Assembly: GCF_009914755.1 (NCBI RefSeq)
Contig: NC_060940.1
Length of the DNA stretch: 64,000 nucleotides
Reading direction: 5' to 3' (one strand)
Source: the human T2T-CHM13v2.0 reference genome, Homo sapiens
The notes below the pieces were generated by a model that was given only the letters and a program-made list of their open reading frames with translations, had not been told where the DNA came from and made no database searches. This document shows, one piece after another, positions 1 through 15,200 of the stretch. Made by a program: the position numbers and the translations under genes. The number at the start of each line of letters is the position of its first letter. The first letter of the stretch is position 1.

Positions 1-926
1 CATTTGATGATGTTTCTCTTGTATTCCATTGGATAATTCCTTTCAGTTCCCTTCGATGATTATTCTTTCGAGTCAATTCGATGATTCTATTCCATTCCCT
101 TCGATGATGATTCCATTTCACTCCATTTGATGATTCCATTCGACTCAATTTGGGGATGATTCAATTCGATGACATTCGATGACTCCATTCAATTTCATTT
201 GATGATGATTACATTCGAGTCCATTTGATGATTGTATTCCTTTCCTTTTGATGATTATTCCATGCGTGTCTATTCAAAGGTTCCATTCTATTCCATTCAA
301 TGATGATTGCATTTGATTCCATTCAATGATTATGGCTATCGATTCCACTCGTTGATTCCATTTGATTCCGTTCGATGATTATTCCGTTAGATTCCATTAG
401 AAGATTCCATTCGATTTTATTCAATGATTCCAATGGATTCCATTCAATGATGATTCCATTCGACTCCATTCAGTGATTCCATTCGAGTCCATTTGATGAT
501 TCCATTCTTTTCCATTTGATGATGATTCCATTAGGGTCCATTCAATGATTCCATTCGAGTCCATTCGTTAATGCCTTTCGAGTCCTTTTGATCACTACAT
601 TCGAGTCCATTCAATGATTCTATTCGATTCCATTCCATGATGATTCCATTCGAGTTCATTCGATGATTGCATTCGAGTCCATTTGATGATTCCATATGAT
701 TCCATTCGACAATGATTCCATTCGTGTCCATTTGATGATTCCATTCATTTCCTATCGATGAAGATTCCATTCAAGTGTATTCGATGATTCCATTCAAATC
801 CATTCGATGATGATTCCATTCCAGTCCATTCGATCATTCCACTTGATTCCATTTGATGACTATTCCATTCAAATCCATTTGATGATTCCATTCGATTCCA
901 TTCGATGTTACCATTCGAGTATATAC
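1..926 (+). repeat. Divergent ~1.83-kb HSat2 segment, copy 1 (5' truncated by the window edge)
   Basis: Unique words (TGTTTCTCTTGTATTCC, TATGGCTATCGA, TTAGGGTCC, GTTAATGCC) are shared only with 20609-21534 and 62775-63700. Confidence 0.88.
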
Positions 927-1061
927 GATGATTCCACTCGATTCCATTTGATGATTATTCCATTGGAGTCCACTTAGTGAATCCTTTAGATTCTACTGGA
1001 AGATGATTCCATTCGAGTCCATTCGATGATACCATTCAATTCCATTCGTTGATGCTTCCAT

Positions 1062-4000
1062 TCAAGTGCATTCGATGATATCATTCGATTCCATTTGATG
1101 ATAATTCCATTTGATTCCATGCGATGATTCTATTCGATTCCATTCAATGATAATTCCATTCAATTCAGTGATTCCTCTGGACTCCATTTGATGATGATTC
1201 CATTCAATGATTCCATTCGATTCTATTCGAAAATGATTCCATTTGAATCCATTTGATGATGATTCCATTGGATTCCATTTGATGATTCCATTCGATTCCA
1301 TTCGATGATGATTCCATTCGATTCCTTTTGATGAATCCATTCTATTGTATTCGATGATGATTCCATTCGATTCCATTCGATGATGATTGGATTCGATTCC
1401 ATTTGATGATTTCATTTGATTCCATTCGATAAGGATTTCGATCAACTCCATTCAATGATTCCATTCGATTCCATTCGATAATGATTACATCTGAGCACAT
1501 TCGATGATTCCATTTGAGCCCGTTCGATAATTCCATTTGAGTCCAATCAATGATTCCATTCATTTTCATTCAATGATTCCATTCGAGTCCATTTGATCAT
1601 TCCGGTAGGGTCCGTTCGATGTTGATTCCATTGGAGTGCATTCGATGATTCCATTCGAGTCCATTTTAGGATTTGATTCGAGTCCTTTCGATGATTCCAT
1701 TCGATTCCACTCGATGATTTCATTCGAGTCCATTCGACACTTCCAATCGATTCCATTTGATGTTTCCATTCGATTCCAATTGATGATTCCATTCAATTCC
1801 ATTCGATGATGATTCCGTACGATTCCATTCTGTGATGATTCCATGTGATTGCATTCAATGATGATTCCTTTCGATTGCATTCGATTATGATTCATTTCGT
1901 GTTCATTCTATGGTTCCACAGGTTTCCATTCGATGATGTTTCCATTCGTGTCCATTCCATTATTCCTTTCTATTCCATTTGAAGATGATTCCATTCGATT
2001 CCATTCATTGGTGATTCCACTCAATTCCATTCAATGATTCCATTCCATTTCTTTCAACAATGATTCCATTAGTTTCTATTCGATGATCCACTTGATTCCA
2101 TTTGACGATGATTCCATTCGTGTCCATTCGATGATTCCATTTGATTCCATATGATGATGATTCCATTCGATTCCATACGATGATGATTCCATTCGAGTCC
2201 ATTCAATGGTGATTCCATTCAATTCCATTCGATGATTCCTTTCGATTCCATTCAATGATGATGGCATTCGATTCCTTTCGATCATTCCCTTTGATTCCAT
2301 TCAAAGGTGATTTCATTCAAGTCCATTCGATAATTGCATTCGATTCCATTCTATGATGATTCCATTCGAGTCCATTTGATGATTCCATTCAATTCAAGTC
2401 AATGATGATTCCATTCGATTCCACTCGATGATTCCATTGGATTCCATTCGATGATGATTCCATTCAAATCCATTCGATAATTCAATTCAAGTCCATTCGA
2501 TGATGATTCCAATCGAATCCATTCAAAGATTCCACTCAATTCCATTCGATGATGATTCCCTTAGATTCCATTCGATGATTCCACTTGATTCCATTTACGA
2601 TGATTCCATTCGATTCCATGTGATGATTCCATTCAATTCTATTCAATGATGTTTCCACTTGATTCCATTCGAACATGATTGCCTTTGATTCCATTCAATG
2701 ATTCCATACGGTTCCATTTGATGATGATTCCATTCGAGTGCATTAGATGATTCCATTCGAGTCCATTCGATGATTCCATTCGATTCCATTCGATGTTGAT
2801 TCTGTTCAAATCCATTCGATGATTCCACTCGATTCCATTCGATGACTCCATTTGATCCCATTCGATGATTTCCTTTGATTCCCTTTGATGATCATTCCAT
2901 TTGATTCAATTCGGTGATTTCATTTGATTCCATTCAGTGATGTTTCCATTCAACTCCTTTCGATGATGATTCCATTCTACTCCATTCGATTATGATTTCA
3001 TTCAATTCCATTCGATAATGATTCCCTTCAAGTCCATTCGATGATTCCATTCGATTCCATTCAACGATGATTTGATTCGTGTCCATTCGATGATTCCATT
3101 TGATTCCATTTGATGATGATTCCATTCGAGTCCCTTTGATGATTCCATTCAATTCCATTCTCCGATGATTTCTTTTGAGCCCATTCAATGCTTCCACTCG
3201 ATTCCATATGATGATGACTCCATTTGATGAAATTCCATGATGATTCCATTCGCTTGCATTCGATGATGATTCCACTTGAGTCCGTTAGAAGATTCTATTC
3301 AATTACATTCCATGACGATTCTGTTCGAGTCCATTTGATGATTCCATTAGACTCCATTCGACGATGATTCCATTCGATGTTATTCGATGATGATTCCATT
3401 CAACTCCATTCGATGTTTCCATTCGAGTTCATTCTATTATTCCATTAGATTCCATTCGATGATGATTCCATTCGATTCCATTTGATGATTGCATTCTATT
3501 TCATTTGATGATGATTCCATTCGAGTCCATTCGATGATTCCATTCGAGTCCATTTAATGAATCCATTGGTTTCAATTCTATGATGATTACATTGGATTCC
3601 ATTCGTTGATGATTTCATTCGATTCCATTCAATGATGATTCCATTCAATTCCATTCAATGATTCCATTCAATTCCATACGATGATGATTCCATTTGATTT
3701 GATTCGACAGTGAGCCATTCGATTCAATTCCATGATGATTCTATTTGATTCAATTGGTTGACATTTCCATTCGATTCCATTCGATGATGATTCCATTTGA
3801 TTCCATTCAAAGATGATTCCATTCTAGCCCATTCAATCATTCCATTCGATTCTATTCAATGATGATTCCATTCATGTCGATTTGGTGATTCCATTTGACT
3901 TCATTTGATGATGATTCCTTTCAAGTTCATTAGATGATTCCATTCGATTCCATTTGATGATGATCCCATTCGAGTCCATTCAGTGATTCCACTCGTTTCC

Positions 4001-6264
4001 ATTCCATGATGATTCCATTCCATTCCATTCAATGATTCCATTCGATTCCGTTTGATGATGATTTCATTCGAGTCCATTTGATGATTCCATTTGATTCCAT
4101 TCGATGATGATTACATTCGAGTCCATACGATGATTCCACTCAATTCCATATGATGATGATTCCATTCGATTCCATTCGATGATTCCATTCTATTCTATTC
4201 AATGGCGATTCCATTCGAGTACATTAGATGATTCCATTCGATTCCATTCAATGATGATTCTATTTGTGTCCCTTAGATGGTTCCACATGATTCCATTTCA
4301 TGATGATACTATTTGAGCCCATCCAATGATTCCCTTCGATTCCATTCGATGAGGATTCCATTCGATTCAATTCATTGGTGATTCTATTCAATTCAATTCT
4401 TTGATTCCATTCCATTCCATTCGACAATGATTCCATTCGATTTCTTTCGATGATTCCACTCGATTCCACTTGACATTGATTCCATTCGATTCCATTCAAT
4501 GATTCCGTTTGATTCCAGTGGATGATGATTGCCATCGATTCCATTCGATCACTCCATTCTATTCCATTTGATGATGATTACATTCGATTCCATTTGATGA
4601 TTCCATCTGATTCTATTCGAGGATTCCATTTGATTCCATTCGATGATGATTCCATTCGAGTGCATTCGATGATTTCATTCGAGTACATCCAATGATTCCA
4701 TTCGAGTCCATTTGATGATTCCATTTAATTCCATTTGATTATGATTCTACTAGAGTCCATTCAATGACTCCATTCGAATCCATTCAACAATTCCATTCGA
4801 GGCCATTCGATGATTCCATTTCATGATTCCATTCGAGTCCATTTAATCATTACAGTCGAGTCCATTTGGTGATTCCTTTCAATTCCATTCTATGATGATT
4901 CCATTCGAGTCCATTCGATGATTCCATTCGATTGCATTCGATGATTCCATTATATTCCATTCAACAATGATTCCATTCGAGTCCATTCGATGATTCCATT
5001 AGAGTACATTTAATGATTGCTTTGTTTTCAATTCGAAGATGATTACATTGGATTCCATTCTATGATACCATTCGATTCCATTCAATGATGATTCCACTCA
5101 AATCCATTGGATGATTCCATTCGTGTCCATTCGGTGATTTCATTAGATTCCATTCGAGGATGATTGCATTCGATTCCATTCGATGATTCCATTCAATTCC
5201 ATTCGATGATGATTCCATTCCAGTCCATATGATCATTCCATTTGATTTCATTCGATGATGATTCCATTCGATTCCATTCGATGATTCCATTCTATTCCAT
5301 TCGATGATGATTCCATTCGAGTCCATTCGATGATTCCATTCGAGTCCATTTAATGATTCCATTGGGTTCAATTCAATGATGATTACATTGGATTCCGTTC
5401 TATGATTCCATTCAATTCCGTTCATTGACAATTTGATTCCATTCGATGATGATTCCATTTGAGTTCATTCGATGATTCTATTTGATTCTCTTCGATGGTG
5501 ATTCAATTCTATTATATTGGATGATTCCATTCGATTCCATTTGATGTTGATTCAATTCGATTCTATTCGATGATGATTCCATTGGATTTCACTTGATGAT
5601 TCTATTCGATTCCATTCAATGATGATTCACTTCTCGTCCATTGGATGATTCCATTTCATTCCATTCGACGATGATTCCATTCGATTCCATTCGATGATTC
5701 CATTTGATTCCATGCGTCGGTGAGCAATTCGATTCAATTCCATGATGATTCTATTTGATTCAATTAGATGATGTTTCCATTCGAATCCATTCCATGATTA
5801 TTCCATTGGAATCCATTCGGCGATGATTCCATATGAGTCAATTCAATGATGATTCCATATGGGTCCGTTCGATGATAATTCCATTTGATTTCATTCGGTG
5901 CTTCTATTCAATTCCAGTCGATGATGATTCCGTTGGAGTCCATACGATGATTCCATTTGATTTCATTTGATGATGATTCCATTCGATGATGATTACATTG
6001 GATTCCATTCTATGATTCCATTCAATTCCATTCGTTGATGATTCGATTCCATTCAATGATGATTCCATTTGAGTTCATTCGATGATTCTATTCGATTCCG
6101 TTCGATGGTGATTCAATTCTCTTATATTGGATGAATCCACTCGATTCCATTTGATGATTATTCCATTGGAGTCCACTTAGTGAATCCTTCAGATTCTACT
6201 CGAAGATGATTCCATTCCAGTCCATTCGATGATACCATTCAATTCCATTCGTTGATGCTTCCAT
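1062..6264 (+). repeat. Multiply deleted unit (5203 bp)
   Basis: Relative to the 6112-bp unit it shows +16, -3, +3, -72 (~2720), -23 (~3385), -170 (~4105), -10 (~4820) and -650 (~4870). The sum is -909, which equals 5203-6112. Confidence 0.85.
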
Positions 6265-9200
6265 TCAAGTGCATTCGATGATATCATTCGATTCCATTTG
6301 ATGATAATTCCATTTGATTCCATGCGATGATTCTATTCGATTCCATTCAATGATAATTCCATTCAGTTCAGTGATTCCTCTGGACTCCATTTGATGATGA
6401 TTCCATTCAATGATTCCATTCGATTCTATTCGAAAATGATTCCATTTGAATCCATTTGATGATGATTCCATTAGATTCCATTTGATGATTCCATTCGATT
6501 CCATGCGACGATGATTCCATTCGATTCCATTTGATGATTCCATTCTATTCTATTCGATGATGATTCCATTCGATTCCATTCGATGATGATTGGATTTGAT
6601 TCCATTTGATGATTTCATTTGATTCCATTCGTTAATGATTTCGATCAATTCCATTCGATGATTCCATTCGATTCCATTCGATAATGATTACATCCGTGTC
6701 CATTCAATGATTCCATTTGAGCCTGTTCGATAATTCCATTTGATTCCAACCAATGATTCCATTCATTTCCATTCAATGATTCCATTCGAGTCCATTTGAT
6801 CATTCCGGTAGGGTCCATTCGATGTTGATTCCATTGGAGTGCATTCGATGATTCCATTCGAGTCCATTTTAGGATTTGATTCGAGTCCTTTCGATGATTC
6901 CATTCGATTCCACTCGATGATGATTTCATTCGAGTCCATTCGACACTTCCAATCGATTCCATTTGATGTTTCCATTCGATTCCAATTGATGATTCCATTC
7001 AATTCCATTCGATGATGATTCCGTACGATTCCATTCTGTGATGATTCCATGTGATTGCATTCAATGATGATTCCTTTCGATTGCATTCGATTATGATTCA
7101 TTTCGTGTTCATTCTATGGTTCCACAGGTTTCCATTCGATGATGTTTCCATTCGTGTCCATTCCATTATTCCTTTCTATTCCATTTGAAGATGATTCCAT
7201 TCGATTCCATTCATTGGTGATTCCACTCAATTCCATTCAATGATTCCATTCCATTTCTTTCAACAATGATTCCATTAGTTTCTATTCGATGATCCACTTG
7301 ATTCCATTTGACGATGATTCCATTCGTGTCCATTCGATGATTCCATTTGATTCCATATGATGATGATTCCATTCGATTCCATACGATGATGATTCCATTC
7401 GAGTCCATTCAATGGTGATTCCATTCAATTCCATTCGATGATTCCTTTCGATTCCATTCAATGATGATGGCATTCGATTCCTTTCGATCATTCCCTTTGA
7501 TTCCATTCAAAGGTGATTTCATTCAAGTCCATTCGATAATTGCATTCGATTCCATTCTATGATGATTCCATTCGAGTCCATTCGATGATTCCATTCGAGT
7601 CCATTTAATGATTCCATTGGGTTCAATTCAATGATGATTACATTGGATTCCGTTCTATGATTCCATTCAATTCCGTTCATTGACAATTTGATTCCATTCG
7701 ATGATGATTCCATTTGAGTTCATTCGATGATTCTATTTGATTCTCTTCGATGGTGATTCAATTCTATTATATTGGATGATTCCATTCGATTCCATTTGAT
7801 GTTGATTCAATTCGATTCTATTCGATGATGATTCCATTGGATTTCACTTGATGATTCTATTCGATTCCATTCAATGATGATTCACTTCTCGTCCATTGGA
7901 TGATTCCATTTCATTCCATTCGATGATGATTCCATTCGATTCCATTCGATGATTCCATTTGATTCCATGCGTCGGTGAGCAATTCGATTCAATTCCATGA
8001 TGATTCTATTTGATTCAATTAGATGATGTTTCCATTCGAATCCATTCCATGATTATTCCATTGGAATCCATTCGGCGATGATTCCATATGAGTCAATTCA
8101 ATGATGATTCCATATGGGTCCGTTCGATGATAATTCCATTTGATTTCATTCGGTGCTTCTATTCAATTCCAGTCGATGATGATTCCGTTGGAGTCCATAC
8201 GATGATTCCATTTGATTTCATTTGATGATGATTCCATTCGATGATGATTACATTGGATTCCATTCTATGATTCCATTCAATTCCATTCGTTGATGATTCG
8301 ATTCCATTCAATGATGATTCCATTTGAGTTCATTCGATGATTCTATTCGATTCCGTTCGATGGTGATTCAATTCTCTTATATTGGATGAATCCACTCGAT
8401 TCCATTTGATGATTATTCCATTGGAGTCCACTTAGTGAATCCTTCAGATTCTACTCGAAGATGATTCCATTCCAGTCCATTCGATGATACCATTCAATTC
8501 CATTCGTTGATGCTTCCATTCAAGTGCATTCGATGATATCATTCGATTCCATTTGATGATAATTCCATTTGATTCCATGCGATGATTCTATTCGATTCCA
8601 TTCAATGATAATTCCATTCAGTTCAGTGATTCCTCTGGACTCCATTTGATGATGATTCCATTCAATGATTCCATTCGATTCTATTCGAAAATGATTCCAT
8701 TTGAATCCATTTGATGATGATTCCATTAGATTCCATTTGATGATTCCATTCGATTCCATGCGACGATGATTCCATTCGATTCCATTTGATGATTCCATTC
8801 TATTCTATTCGATGATGATTCCATTCGATTCCATTCGATGATGATTGGATTTGATTCCATTTGATGATTTCATTTGATTCCATTCGTTAATGATTTCGAT
8901 CAATTCCATTCGATGATTCCATTCGATTCCATTCGATAATGATTACATCCGTGTCCATTCAATGATTCCATTTGAGCCTGTTCGATAATTCCATTTGATT
9001 CCAACCAATGATTCCATTCATTTCCATTCAATGATTCCATTCGAGTCCATTTGATCATTCCGGTAGGGTCCATTCGATGTTGATTCCATTGGAGTGCATT
9101 CGATGATTCCATTCGAGTCCATTTTAGGATTTGATTCGAGTCCTTTCGATGATTCCATTCGATTCCACTCGATGATGATTTCATTCGAGTCCATTCGACA

Positions 9201-12200
9201 CTTCCAATCGATTCCATTTGATGTTTCCATTCGATTCCAATGGATGATTCCATTCAATTCCATTCGATGATGATTCCGTACGATTCCATTCTGTGATGAT
9301 TCCATGTGATTGCATTCAATGATGATTCCTTTCGATTGCATTCGATTATGATTCATTTCGTGTTCATTCTATGGTTCCACAGGTTTCCATTCGATGATGT
9401 TTCCATTCGTGTCCATTCCATTATTCCTTTCTATTCCATTTGAAGATGATTCCATTCGATTCCATTCATTGGTGATTCCACTCAATTCCATTCAATGATT
9501 CCATTCCATTTCTTTCAACAATGATTCCATTAGTTTCTATTCGATGATCCACTTGATTCCATTTGACGATGATTCCATTCGTGTCCATTCGATGATTCCA
9601 TTTGATTCCATATGATGATGATTCCATTCGATTCCATACGATGATGATTCCATTCGAGTCCATTCAATGGTGATTCCATTCAATTCCATTCGATGATTCC
9701 TTTCGATTCCATTCAATGATGATGGCATTCGATTCCTTTCGATCATTCCCTTTGATTCCATTCAAAGGTGATTTCATTCAAGTCCATTCGATAATTGCAT
9801 TCGATTCCATTCTATGATGATTCCATTCGAGTCCATTCGATGATTCCATTCGAGTCCATTTAATGATTCCATTGGGTTCAATTCAATGATGGTTACATTG
9901 GATTCCGTTCTATGATTCCATTCAATTCCGTTCATTGACAATTTGATTCCATTCGATGATGATTCCATTTGAGTTCATTCGATGATTCTATTTGATTCTC
10001 TTCGATGGTGATTCAATTCTATTATATTGGATGATTCCATTCGATTCCATTTGATGTTGATTCAATTCGATTCTATTCGATGATGATTCCATTGGATTTC
10101 ACTTGATGATTCTATTCGATTCCATTCAATGATGATTCACTTCTCGTCCATTGGATGATTCCATTTCATTCCATTCGATGATGATTCCATTCGATTCCAT
10201 TCGATGATTCCATTTGATTCCATGCGTCGGTGAGCAATTCGATTCAATTCCATGATGATTCTATTTGATTCAATTAGATGATGTTTCCATTCGAATCCAT
10301 TCCATGATTATTCCATTGGAATCCATTCGGCGATGATTCCATATGAGTCAATTCAATGATGATTCCATATGGGTCCGTTCGATGATAATTCCATTTGATT
10401 TCATTCGGTGCTTCTATTCAATTCCAGTCGATGATGATTCCGTTGGAGTCCATACGATGATTCCATTTGATTTCATTTGATGATGATTCCATTCGATGAT
10501 GATTACATTGGATTCCATTCTATGATTCCATTCAATTCCATTCGTTGATGATTCGATTCCATTCAATGATGATTCCATTTGAGTTCATTCGATGATTCTA
10601 TTCGATTCCGTTCGATGGTGATTCAATTCTCTTATATTGGATGAATCCACTCGATTCCATTTGATGATTATTCCATTGGAGTCCACTTAGTGAATCCTTC
10701 AGATTCTACTCGAAGATGATTCCATTCCAGTCCATTCGATGATACCATTCAATTCCATTCGTTGATGCTTCCATTCAAGTGCATTCGATGATATCATTCG
10801 ATTCCATTTGATGATAATTCCATTTGATTCCATGCGATGATTCTATTCGATTCCATTCAATGATAATTCCATTCAGTTCAGTGATTCCTCTGGACTCCAT
10901 TTGATGATGATTCCATTCAATGATTCCATTCGATTCTATTCGAAAATGATTCCATTTGAATCCATTTGATGATGACTCCATTAGATTCCATTTGATGATT
11001 CCATTCGATTCCATGCGACGATGATTCCATTGGATTCCATTTGATGATTCCATTCTATTCTATTCGATGATGATTCCATTCGATTCCATTCGATGATGAT
11101 TGGATTTGATTCCATTTGATGATTTCATTTGATTCCATTCGTTAATGATTTCGATCAATTCCATTCGATGATTCCATTCGATTCCATTCGATAATGATTA
11201 CATCCGTGTCCATTCAATGATTCCATTTGAGCCTGTTCGATAATTCCATTTGATTCCAACCAATGATTCCATTCATTTCCATTCAATGATTCCATTCGAG
11301 TCCATTTGATCATTCCGGTAGGGTCCATTCGATGTTGATTCCATTGGAGTGCATTCGATGATTCCATTCGAGTCCATTTTAGGATTTGATTCGAGTCCTT
11401 TCGATGATTCCATTCGATTCCACTCGATGATGATTTCATTCGAGTCCATTCGACACTTCCAATCGATTCCATTTGATGTTTCCATTCGATTCCAATGGAT
11501 GATTCCATTCAATTCCATTCGATGATGATTCCGTACGATTCCATTCTGTGATGATTCCATGTGATTGCATTCAATGATGATTCCTTTCGATTGCATTCGA
11601 TTATGATTCATTTCGTGTTCATTCTATGGTTCCACAGGTTTCCATTCGATGATGTTTCCATTCGTGTCCATTCCATTATTCCTTTCTATTCCATTTGAAG
11701 ATGATTCCATTCGATTCCATTCATTGGTGATTCCACTCAATTCCATTCAATGATTCCATTCCATTTCTTTCAACAATGATTCCATTAGTTTCTATTCGAT
11801 GATCCACTTGATTCCATTTGACGATGATTCCATTCGTGTCCATTCGATGATTCCATTTGATTCCATATGATGATGATTCCATTCGATTCCATACGATGAT
11901 GATTCCATTCGAGTCCATTCAATGGTGATTCCATTCAATTCCATTCGATGATTCCTTTCGATTCCATTCAATGATGATGGCATTCGATTCCTTTCGATCA
12001 TTCCCTTTGATTCCATTCAAAGGTGATTTCATTCAAGTCCATTCGATAATTGCATTCGATTCCATTCTATGATGATTCCATTCGAGTCCATTCGATGAAT
12101 CCATTCGAGTCCATTTAATGATTCCATTGGGTTCAATTCAATGATGATTACATTGGATTCCGTTCTATGATTCCATTCAATTCCGTTCATTGACAATTTG

Positions 12201-15200
12201 ATTCCATTCGATGATGATTCCATTTGAGTTCATTCGATGATTCTATTTGATTCTCTTCGATGGTGATTCAATTCTATTATATTGGATGATTCCATTCGAT
12301 TCCATTTGATGTTGATTCAATTCGATTCTATTCGATGATGATTCCATTGGATTTCACTTGATGATTCTATTCGATTCCATTCAATGATGATTCACTTCTC
12401 GTCCATTGGATGATTCCATTTCATTCCATTCGATGATGATTCCATTCGATTCCATTTGATGATTCCATTTGATTCCATGTGTCGGTGAGCAATTCGATTC
12501 AATTCCATGATGATTCTATTTGATTCAATTAGATGATGTTTCCATTCGAATCCATTCCATGATTATTCCATTGGAATCCATTCGGCGATGATTCCATATG
12601 AGTCAATTCAATGATGATTCCATATGGGTCCGTTCGATGATAATTCCATTTGATTTCATTCGGTGCTTCTATTCAATTCCAGTCGATGATGATTCCGTTG
12701 GAGTCCATACGATGATTCCATTTGATTTCATTTGATGATGATTCCATTCGATGATGATTACATTGGATTCCAGTCTATGATTCCATTCAATTCCATTCGT
12801 TGATGATTCGATTCCATTCAATGATGATTCCATTTGAGTTCATTCGATGATTCTATTCGATTCCATTCGATGGTGATTCAATTCTCTTATATTGGATGAA
12901 TCCACTCGATTCCATTTGATGATTATTCCATTGGAGTCCACTTAGTGAATCCTTCAGATTCTACTCGAAGATGATTCCATTCCAGTCCATTCGATGATAC
13001 CATTCAATTCCATTCGTTGATGCTTCCATTCAAGTGCATTCGATGATATCATTCGATTCCATTTGATGATAATTCCATTTGATTCCATGCGATGATTCTA
13101 TTCGATTCCATTCAATGATAATTCCATTCAGTTCAGTGATTCCTCTGGACTCCATTTGATGATGATTCCATTCAATGATTCCATTCGATTCTATTCGAAA
13201 ATGATTCCATTTGAATCCATTTGATGATGATTCCATTAGATTCCATTTGATGATTCCATTCGATTCCATGCGACGATGATTCCATTCGATTCCATTTGAT
13301 GATTCCATTCTATTCTATTCGATGATGATTCCATTCGATTCCATTCGATGATGATTGGATTTGATTCCATTTGATGATTTCATTTGATTCCATTCGTTAA
13401 TGATTTCGATCAATTCCATTCGATGATTCCATTCGATTCCATTCGATAATGATTACATCCGTGTCCATTCAATGATTCCATTTGAGCCTGTTCGATAATT
13501 CCATTTGATTCCAACCAATGATTCCATTCATTTCCATTCAATGATTCCATTCGAGTCCATTTGATCATTCCGGTAGGGTCCATTCGATGTTGATTCCATT
13601 GGAGTGCATTCGATGATTCCATTCGAGTCCATTTTAGGATTTGATTCGAGTCCTTTCGATGATTCCATTCGATTCCACTCGATGATGATTTCATTCGAGT
13701 CCATTCGACACTTCCAATCGATTACATTTGATGTTTCCATTCGATTCCAATTGATGATTCCATTCAATTCCATTCGATGATGATTCCGTACGATTCCATT
13801 CTGTGATGATTCCATGTGATTGCATTCAATGATGATTCCTTTCGATTGCATTCGATTATGATTCATTTCGTGTTCATTCTATGGTTCCACAGGTTTCCAT
13901 TCGATGATGTTTCCATTCGTGTCCATTCCATTATTCCTTTCTATTCCATTTGAAGATGATTCCATTCGATTCCATTCATTGGTGATTCCACTCAATTCCA
14001 TTCAATGATTCCATTCCATTTCTTTCAACAATGATTCCATTAGTTTCTATTCGATGATCCACTTGATTCCATTTGACGATGATTCCATTCGTGTCCATTC
14101 GATGATTCCATTTGATTCCATATGATGATGATTCCATTCGATTCCATACGATGATGATTCCATTCGAGTCCATTCAATGGTGATTCCATTCAATTCCATT
14201 CGATGATTCCTTTCGATTCCATTCAATGATGATGGCATTCGATTCCTTTCGATCATTCCCTTTGATTCCATTCAAAGGTGATTTCATTCAAGTCCATTCG
14301 ATAATTGCATTCGATTCCATTCTATGATGATTCCATTCGAGTCCATTCGATGATTCCATTCGAGTCCATTTAATGATTCCATTGGGTTCAATTCAATGAT
14401 GATTACATTGGATTCCGTTCTATGATTCCATTCAATTCCGTTCATTGACAATTTGATTCCATTCGATGATGATTCCATTTGAGTTCATTCGATGATTCTA
14501 TTTGATTCTCTTCGATGGTGATTCAATTCTATTATATTGGATGATTCCATTCGATTCCATTTGATGTTGATTCAATTCGATTCTATTCGATGATGATTCC
14601 ATTGGATTTCACTTGATGATTCTATTCGATTCCATTCAATGATGATTCACTTCTCGTCCATTGGATGATTCCATTTCATTCCATTCGATGATGATTCCAT
14701 TCGATTCCATTCGATGATTCCATTTGATTCCATGCGTCGGTGAGCAATTCGATTCAATTCCATGATGATTCTATTTGATTCAATTAGATGATGTTTCCAT
14801 TCGAATCCATTCCATGATTATTCCATTGGAATCCATTCGGCGATGATTCCATATGAGTCAATTCAATGATGATTCCATATGGGTCCGTTCGATGATAATT
14901 CCATTTGATTTCATTCGGTGCTTCTATTCAATTCCAGTCGATGATGATTCCGTTGGAGTCCATACGATGATTCCATTTGATTTCATTTGATGATGATTCC
15001 ATTCGATGATGATTACATTGGATTCCATTCTATGATTCCATTCAATTCCATTCGTTGATGATTCGATTCCATTCAATGATGATTCCATTTGAGTTCATTC
15101 GATGATTCTATTCGATTCCGTTCGATGGTGATTCAATTCTCTTATATTGGATGAATCCACTCGATTCCATTTGATGATTATTCCATTGGAGTCCACTTAG

